The translations under genes were made by a program, and so were the position numbers. Of a stretch of 64,000 nt of DNA, positions 55,034 to 64,000 are shown in pieces (the stretch's first letter is position 1; the number at the start of each line of letters is the position of its first letter). Location of the stretch: assembly GCF_006345805.1 (NCBI RefSeq), contig NC_042997.1, positions 204,848,001-204,912,000 of the forward strand, given 5' to 3'. The notes below the pieces were generated by a model. The model saw nothing but the letters and a program-made list of their open reading frames with translations, did no database searches and was not told the DNA's origin. This DNA comes from Octopus sinensis (lineage: Eukaryota).

Positions 55034-55976
55034 TCAGGTCATCCCATAAGTTCTGTCCGAATTTTGAATAAAGAAAATAAGTGATCAAATGTTATATTTA
55101 ATTGAAAGTTAATCATCAATGTACTTTCCCTGATTATCTATGACTTCCTTCCATCTGTTTACAAACATTTTAATCCCATCAATGTAAAACGCTTTTGGTT
55201 TCAAAGTGAAGAACTCTGAAATATCAGTTTTGACCTCCTCTTGGCTTGCGAAAGTTATGTCCCCCAAGGAGCAAGGTCGTGAGAATAAGGTGGATGAGGA
55301 ATGTTTTCCCAACCAAGCTCTTCGATCTCCTGTGATGTGATCTTTGCAGTGTGGGGTCACGCATTGTCCTGATGAAACATCACTCCCTTTCGATTCACTA
55401 AAGCGGGTCTTTTTTCTTCAAAGCTTGGTTCAAACACTCTAATTGCTGACAGTAGACTTGAGCATTGATTGTTGCATTAGGTGGTAACAATTCAAAGTGA
55501 ATTACTCCTTTGCAATCCCACCAGATAGAGAGAAGAACCTTTTCCCCATGAAGTTCCCTTCTCAGTTGTGGTTGAGCTTTTTCCCTTTTACCAAGCCACT
55601 GTTTATGACGTTTAACATTTCGATTGAAGGTCCATTTCCATCACCAGTCACAAGTCTATCCAAAAAGGGTGAAATGAGTTCACGAGAATCGAGAGAAGAG
55701 CAGATGTCAACTCGGGATTTGTGGTTGCTTTCAGACAGTTTACGAGGCACCCATTTTGTACTCATGAACTAACAATGCTCTTTGGATACTTCCATGTTAG
55801 AAAGGGTTTTAATCAAAGAAATTTTAAATCTATTATTCTGTAAAATATTTAATTAGTTTAAATGTACACAAATGCATAAAAATAATTTTTAATTCCATTA
55901 GATACTTTAAAATACTATTAAATTTCGTTCAATTTTAAAAATGCTAAAATCGGACAGAACTTATGGGATGACCTGA
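55034..55976 (-). mobile_element. Internally deleted mariner element with both TIRs and TA duplication
   Basis: Perfect 27-bp TIRs TCAGGTCATCCCATAAGTTCTGTCCGA with TA on both sides. Transposase pieces KWVPRKL, FLDRLVTGD, FYIDGIKMFVNRWKEVIDNQGKY. Confidence 0.95.
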
Positions 55977-56099
55977 TATACATACACACACACACATATA
56001 TATATATATATGTATGTATATATATATATTAAAAAGATCCAATGCAAGGAATAAGCTGCTCTTATAGGGATGTAAAACAACTTCATGATTCCATGCTCA

Positions 56100-56665
56100 T
56101 ATCACAAATACTAATTCTCTGTGTTAAGTGAAAATGTCTTTCAAGTTATGTGGAACCCAAATATTTGACTTCTTAACGAGTCCAAGACATTCTAAGTGAT
56201 TTTCAATTGTTGTGTCTGATACATTTAACCTCTGTGCAATTTGTGGCACAGTTATATGACAACGAGATTGAATCATCGTTTTGTCTCGGTCATCATCAAC
56301 TTCAGTAGGTCGAAACATCTCCAGAATGGAATTTTAAAAACCATTTCTGACATGTATGTTCTGTTAAGCAAGCAACACCGTAAACTTCCCATATCTCTTT
56401 GTGAGCCACAGCAGCTTTCTCGCCTTTATGAAAATATCAAAAAAAAAAAAAAAAAGAAGAAGCAAAATATGGCGAGAATGTTCGTTTTTGCACTCCATAT
56501 TAAAACTGATCCTGAAACAAAATTACGTACAATTTATTCCTAAAGTTGCTAAGAGTAACGACTATCAAATGTCAAAAGAAGAAAATCATAACATTGACAA
56601 AAGTTATTAAAGAAAAATCGTAACTCTATTTGCTAAAAACGAGATTACTTTCTTACCAACCCAAT
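56100..56665 (-). mobile_element. Truncated mariner (5' half, different subfamily)
   Basis: One TIR-like end TTGGGTTGGTAAGAAAGTAATCTC (Hsmar1/cecropia-like); HTH region IAQRLNVSDTTIENHL and IWVPHNL. Confidence 0.8.
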
Positions 56666-57286
56666 GTGTATGTGTGTGTGTAGTGTGTATGTATATTATG
56701 TATATGTATATATATATATATAGTTATTTCTTTAAATTTATATTCGATAATTATTCCCATTGATAATTATATTTATGGTATTTATAGTATTTATTCGATA
56801 CTATATTACTACGAATTGATTATTTCTAAAAGTATTTTACATAAGTTTTCCGAAAGTTCGTTTAAGTTAGTTTATTTGTATTTTGAAATTAGCTATTTCA
56901 TCTTTAAATAGGAAAAATTAAATTTATTAGGTTTTTATTATATGTGCATATACAATTATTTATAGAGATTATTTTAGATCTTAATTATAATATTTATATA
57001 CATTTATATATTTTCATTGATAATTTATATATATTAGTCATTTTAAATATTTATGTAATTAAATATAGACTAATACCGATATTAGATTATGGGTGGGTTT
57101 CTTACCTTATAAATTAAAATTAATATTTAACATTATAGTCGATTTGGAAATAATCATAATTGTTAAGTTCTATGTCTCTAGTTTGATAATAGAGTTTATT
57201 ATAAGTAAAATTATTATATTATATATATTATTTATATGTTAAAAATATTGTTTAAATATTTCTGATTATATTTTAGATATTCCAAT

Positions 57287-57348
57287 CACCTGAAGATTGA
57301 CTGTAACTCGAATTTTACGAACTGAACAGCCATGAAACGATCGTAGTG
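57287..57348 (+). ncRNA. Minimal type I hammerhead ribozyme with palindromic helix III
   Basis: Helix I CAC/GTG; core CTGAAGA; helix II TGACTGT/ACAGCCA with one mismatch and U-U at 10.1/11.1; GAAA; palindrome ACGATCGT; GUA cleavage after 57345. Confidence 0.65.
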
Positions 57349-57580
57349 TTATACTCATTATCTTTTTTTAATAATTTTGATATATATTTAAAATAATATA
57401 AATTAATTAATCTTATGTATTGGCTTAAGTTTTTCATTGTATGATTTGCCTAATAGTGGTTTTATCTCTAATTTAATATAATATATATAGGGAGAGTTTA
57501 CGAAAACAACAAAAGACAAAGACAGGTGGTGTAGAAAACAAACAGATGTATTAGTATAACGCTCAGGAATAGAAAAAGTA

Positions 57581-57614
57581 TTTTACGTTTCGAGCCTACG
57601 CTCTTCTACAGAAA
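57581..57614 (-). ncRNA. Hammerhead variant (core CTGTAGA+A), probably impaired
   Basis: Minus strand reads TTT-CTGTAGA-A-GAGC-GTAG-GCTC-GAAAC-GTA-AAA. A6 is replaced by U. Confidence 0.55.
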
Positions 57615-57678
57615 AGGACACAGAAAAAAAAACAAAGAGAGAAAAAATGTGTATAGTGGCTAACGATCTATATGATCT

Positions 57679-57717
<39 letters not shown>

Positions 57718-57729
57718 AACTTCTGTATT

Positions 57730-58500
57730 TGGATTTTGTTGATATGGAGAAAGCTTTTGACAGGGCCCCTAACTCACTCTCTTATCTGGTGGACAATGTG
57801 GAAGAGAGCTGTAAAATTAGGACAGTTGGGGAGAGCTGTGAAAGCTATTATTTAGAAGGGTGTTGTCAGTATGGTGAAAGTCGCCAATGAATATAGCAAG
57901 GTATTTAGTGTACAATTAGGGAGACTACCAGGTATCAGATCGCAGTCCCCTCTAATTCATCATAATCCTCCAAGCTATAACAGAGGAATTCAAGACTGGC
58001 TGCCCTTGGCAGCTCCTCTACACCGGTGATTGTGTTCTTATTACTGAACCACTACCAGAACTAGAGAAGAAATTTCAGGTATGGAAGCAAGATCTCGAAT
58101 CAAAGGACCTTAGAGTTAATTTAGCAAAGACCAATCCTAATAAGTAGGAAAACAAACAATTCACAGCTCCCTCCAGGGAAATGACCCTGCTTGATATGTA
58201 GAAAAGGTGTTGGTAGAAACTCCATACAGTGTATACAATGCAAGCTATGGACAGAAGAGCGGTGCAGCAGTATCACTGAAAGATTAACAGAGAAAGTAGT
58301 CTTTACGTGTGGCATAGTTCAGAGAGCTATTCTCCCTGTTTAGTAACGATGGTCCTCTCACTCAGAGTAAAAGGCAGATTGTATGATGCCTGTATACAGT
58401 CAGTTATGCTACATGGCAGTGGGACAAGGGCTGTGAAGTCTTGAAAGAAGTGAATCCAGTATTCTCTGCTGGATGAGTAGTGCCAGTATGCATATATAAC
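57730..58500 (+). mobile_element. Degraded RTE-clade LINE RT fragment
   Basis: FVDMEKAFDR and LEKKFQVWKQDLESKDLRVNLAKT; homologous to 32160-32985. Confidence 0.85.
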
Positions 58501-58698
58501 AGAGTGTGATTTGAGAGAAAGCCATTTTAAAGAACTTTCAGCACTCAGATATCTACCTGAACAGCAGAAGTGAAATTTTTAATCCTTGCCCTCATAGAAG
58601 AAAGTACATCCTATCATACCTATGCGCTTCGTCGTGACTATAACTACCAGACCCCAAACTTCAGCTCTCCCATCACCTATGCCCGGAAATTCAGCAAA

Positions 58699-58747
<49 letters not shown>

Positions 58748-59188
58748 CCTAACAAGGCAGACATCAACCAAATAGACCCTTTCCACCCCATAATATAATC
58801 CCACACACATATACCACCCCTACACTCACTCATACCTACATAAATGTTCCAAAGAATTTAACCAAAACATAAACAATAAACAGATGCCTATGCAACCTTT
58901 GGTTACTTGGACAACGTCCCTTCCCCTCAAAAACGCTACACATATAGTACCACTGCACACCTTCCAATTCTACAAGAACACCGACCCTAAAACCTACTCC
59001 TATACATACTTTTCCAGAAAATTCTTATCTTGCAACACCCCCAGAGATAGTGTTTTGGTGCCAAGGGGCATAACTCTTAATCTGACACTTGCGCAGTTCG
59101 TTTTGCTGTCTTTTTCACAACAACCACAAACCGGATGTCTTTTTATCAACAAGAGAGAGCAGTCGCTATATTTCATTCCATAACTGAC

Positions 59189-59271
59189 ATCTCTGAAGAG
59201 CGCAGGGTTACATAATCGAGCTGTTACCTAATATCCTATTGAACCTCTAGTGCGAAACTGACTGGTAAGAT
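59189..59271 (+). ncRNA. Type I hammerhead ribozyme with intact core
   Basis: Helix I ATCT/AGAT; core CTGAAGA (59193-59199); helix II GCGCAGGGTT/AACCTCTAGTGC with a G10.1-C11.1 pair; GAAA (59254-59257); helix III AC...GT; predicted GUA cleavage after 59267. Confidence 0.8.
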
Positions 59272-60024
59272 TGACTACAATAGATATATATAATACCGAA
59301 CACTTTGATTAATATATATGATATATGATATGATACACATGCGCGCGCGCGTGTGTATGAAGAGATGAAATAAAAAGAAGGGAAATCACGGAATGTGTAT
59401 AATTTTTATGAGATAAAATATATCCATAGCCAACCAGTTTTGCTTTTGCTTATCATGACTAAGAAATTAACGAAAATATTACAATTTTATTGTATCGTAA
59501 GAAATTTTCTGTTCATGCTATTAGCTGGAAAGTTGTTTCGTAAACAAATCTGTAGCTAAATAAATGTAATGGTAGGCAATTATTAGAGGCAGGGATGAAA
59601 GAAAACTTTCTTAACCACAAAAATCAACATATTAGCAAAAGGACTAAAATTTACTCCAAGTCCCCATAGAGCTAATCAGAATGAAATCAAAGATATTATT
59701 AGGGAATTTTGCAGAAAATTGCGACTTAACAGAAGCACTAATTGATTATAACAACAGCGATGAATCACTGGTTAAAAACAAAATCATCCACCTAAAGGCT
59801 GGAAGAAAACACTCGATAATTTTTGTGACTTTTTCCAGAATTTTCTGAACAATACTTTACACAAGAAAAAGTCAAACGCAAGCAATATCGAATGGAAAAA
59901 TGTAATTGAACTACAAATCGATAAAAATTGACAAAAAAAAAAATCCGACATAGGAAGTGCTATAGTTCTGATCGACAAAGAATACAACAAAAACCTAGTA
60001 CTGTCTATGCTAGAAAACAATACC

Positions 60025-60146
60025 TATTTCTTTACTGCCCACAAGGGGCTACACAAAGAGGGGACAAACAAGGACAGACAAAGGGATTAAGTCGATTACA
60101 TCGACCCCAGTGCGTAACTGGTACTTATTTAATCGACCCCGAAAGG
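60025..60146 (-). mobile_element. 5'-truncated family C SINE inserted in the Penelope RT
   Basis: Family C tail and core, flanked by ATACC repeats. Removing 60025-60151 restores the frame MLENNTFYDKVE. Confidence 0.8.
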
Positions 60147-60765
60147 ATACCTTCTATGATAAGGTTGAAAACTATAAACAACACAAAATATTGAAAAACC
60201 GTACATCCTTAATTCACCCAAATGAAGATGGTCTGACAAAGAAATCGATTATATTAAATCTTAAATGTAAACGTAATCTTTTATACGGTTTACCTAAAAT
60301 CCCTAAGAGCCAGATTAATGAAGCCTGCAAACAATCACCAGGCATATACATTAATGTCTAAGCACCAGAAGATTTATTACTAAGACCGATTATAACCGGC
60401 CCATTGTGAGAAACACACCGCTTAAGCAATTTCCTTGACATCCTACTGAAATCCCTTTTGAAATATATCGAAAACTGCATTAGAGATGAACTAGATATGC
60501 TGAACCACCGACCAAAAATAATGAATGAAGAGATAATCTTGGTTTCCTTTTATGTTGTAAAACCTGTACACTAATATACCACACAACGTGAACGAGGAGT
60601 TTATTATAGAAACTCAAAAGTTTATCTTCCACAACAATTATTTCTTATTTGATATGACATACTACCGTCCAACCCATGCCAACATAGAAAATGAACATTA
60701 GGTAATGACGAGGATTTGGGCTCATGTGTATGCTGTAGTCTACGAGTTTTGTCATGGACAGGAAG

Positions 60766-61338
60766 ATGGAACAAAGAGCGAACGTGAAAATTAGCGTTAA
60801 ACTTTGGGAGTCTTCTACAGAGAGATAGCTTCAGAAAACTTACGGTTACGAGGCAATAGGTCGTACGCAATGTTTCGGGCGCTTCAAAAGCAGAAGAACG
60901 ATCCTGGAAGACGATGAACGGCCTGGAAGCCCTTCCGCGTGTGTCACTCCCAGAAACGTGGAGAAAATTCATCAGCTTGTGCATGAGGATCGTTGGAGGA
61001 CAATCAACAACGTTTTTGAAGAGCCTGAGGGAGAGCATTCGATGAAAGCGACTGGATCTGTGAAATACAAAGAATTAGATTCCTCCCGACGACAATGCAC
61101 CCTGTCATCAAACCCTCCTCACTCGGGAGTCTCTCCAAAAAACAGCATTCGCTAGATTAGCACCCGCAGACTTCCATCTCTTTCTAAAGATGAAAATGTA
61201 GCTCAAAGGTCACAGTTTTAATACCGTTGTCGAGATCAAGAGCGAATCGCAGAAGGTCCTCGAAAACGACTTCGAGGCCGGATTCCAAAAGTGACAGGAA
61301 CGCTAGGACCGGTGTAGTGCTGCGCAAGGCGACTATTT
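60766..61338 (+). mobile_element. Third mariner transposase relic, heavily deleted
   Basis: MEQRANVKISVKL, LEDDERPGSPS, DNAPCH, LAPADFHLFLKMK, QGDYF. Confidence 0.85.
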
Positions 61339-62394
61339 AGCACAATTCCTTCCAGGATCTTCCAGATATATATTACTGCATACCTCTCCCGTCTTCTCTC
61401 CAGGGAGTAGAATCTTAGCTGTTTCAACCTTTCCCAGTGACTGAGCTGTTGCAAAGAGACGATCTTCTTTGTGAATCTTCTCTGGTTTGCTTCAAGGTCC
61501 GCTGTTAATCTCACACTGATGGGTGACCATAGCTGTGAGCAGTAATCCAGGCGGCTGAGGACGAATGTCCGCCAGAGGACCATCATGGTTACCTTACCTC
61601 CGGTTCTGAATGTTCTTAGGATCCACCCAGCCAGTCGTCTGCACTTTGTCGCCATCCTGGTAATGTGCACTTAGAAAGAGGTATCATCACTCATGTCGAT
61701 ACCCAGGTCCCTCACTGATATAGGCTCTGGGATTGAAATTCCATGTGGACCGGTGTATCCTGTAAGTTTAATATTCAGTTTTGGATGCTGGTAGCGCAGG
61801 GCCTGGAATTTTTCCGCATTAAACTGCATATTATTATCCTCAGCCTATCTGTAAATTGAGTCCAACTCCTGCTGCAGGTGTGCAACATCCCTGGGGTTCT
61901 GCATTTTCTGTGAGACTTTCGTATCATCTGCATAGCTTGCCAGAGTGGCTATCCGGGCATTTGAGGGTATATCTGAGAGGGCCACTGTAAAAAGCAGTGG
62001 TCCCAAGACAGTGCCCTGTGGAACACCGCTCACAATTTGTGTGTTCATAGAGGTGGCCTCATTAGCCACTACTGCCTGACTCCTATCTTTCAGGAAGTCA
62101 TGTAACCACACTCCAAGTTTTCCAGCTATGACGAGGTCATGCAGTTTGTGGCATATCATACCATGATCTACCTTGTCAAAAACTTTTGCAAAATCAAGGT
62201 ATATTACATCCACATTTGATTTGTTGAGTAACTGCCTCAACACCCAGTCATAATGTTGTAAGAGCTGGGTCAGGCAGCTCCTACCTGGTCGAAAACCATT
62301 CTGGGTATCACTCACCAAGTTATTTTCTTCAAGGAATGCGATTAGTTTCCCCCTAACAATCCGTTCCATGACTTTGGTGATGTGTGAAATCAGA
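61338..62394 (-). mobile_element. CR1-clade LINE RT fragment, same family as 18600-19545
   Basis: QNGFRPGRSCLTQLL, YLDFAKVFDKVDH, SGVPQGTVLGPLLF, YADDTK, RDLGI, SRLDYCSQLWSP, YSLERRRERY; in-frame stops. Confidence 0.93.
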
Positions 62395-63949
<1,555 letters not shown>

Positions 63950-64000
63950 TCGCCATACTAATATGGCATTCTTATAAAAATAAGAATAAAGCTGTCCGCT

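Larger units (their letters stand above)
58515..60590 (+). mobile_element. Degraded Penelope-like element: ORF 3' end, hammerhead-bearing pLTR/UTR, then RT 5' region
   Basis: About 58560: LNSRSEIFNPCPHRRKYILSYL (PLE C-terminus). From about 59630: LAKGLKFTPSP, KSDIGSAIVLIDKEY, LYGLPKIPKS, LRPIITGP, LVSFYVV-NLYTNIPH, with stops and frameshifts. Confidence 0.8.

Overview
AT-rich, repeat-saturated animal genomic DNA. The repeat families and microsatellites suggest an octopod cephalopod (inference). The only well-supported intact protein gene is an hnRNP A1/A2/B1-family ORF (two RRMs plus a Gly/Tyr tail) at 42971-43789 (-), with no intron in its CDS and a TE-poor neighbourhood. The rest is mostly three tRNA-derived SINE families (called A, C and D here), many 5'-truncated RTE LINE 3' ends (family B), degraded CR1, RTE, L1/Tx1, HERO-like and Penelope-like retroelements, three mariner relics, fold-back elements and long microsatellites. 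Most notable: (1) a full-length U6 snRNA fused to a full-length SINE inside one degenerate 12-bp target-site duplication, i.e. a U6-SINE chimeric retrocopy; (2) at least five type I hammerhead ribozyme motifs, one with an intact core inside a Penelope-like element; (3) a tandem SINE multimer and an L1/Tx1-like 3' end sharing that SINE's tail; (4) several local inverted duplications that cross TE junctions. All calls are by eye with no database searches, and repeat boundaries are approximate unless exact landmarks are given.
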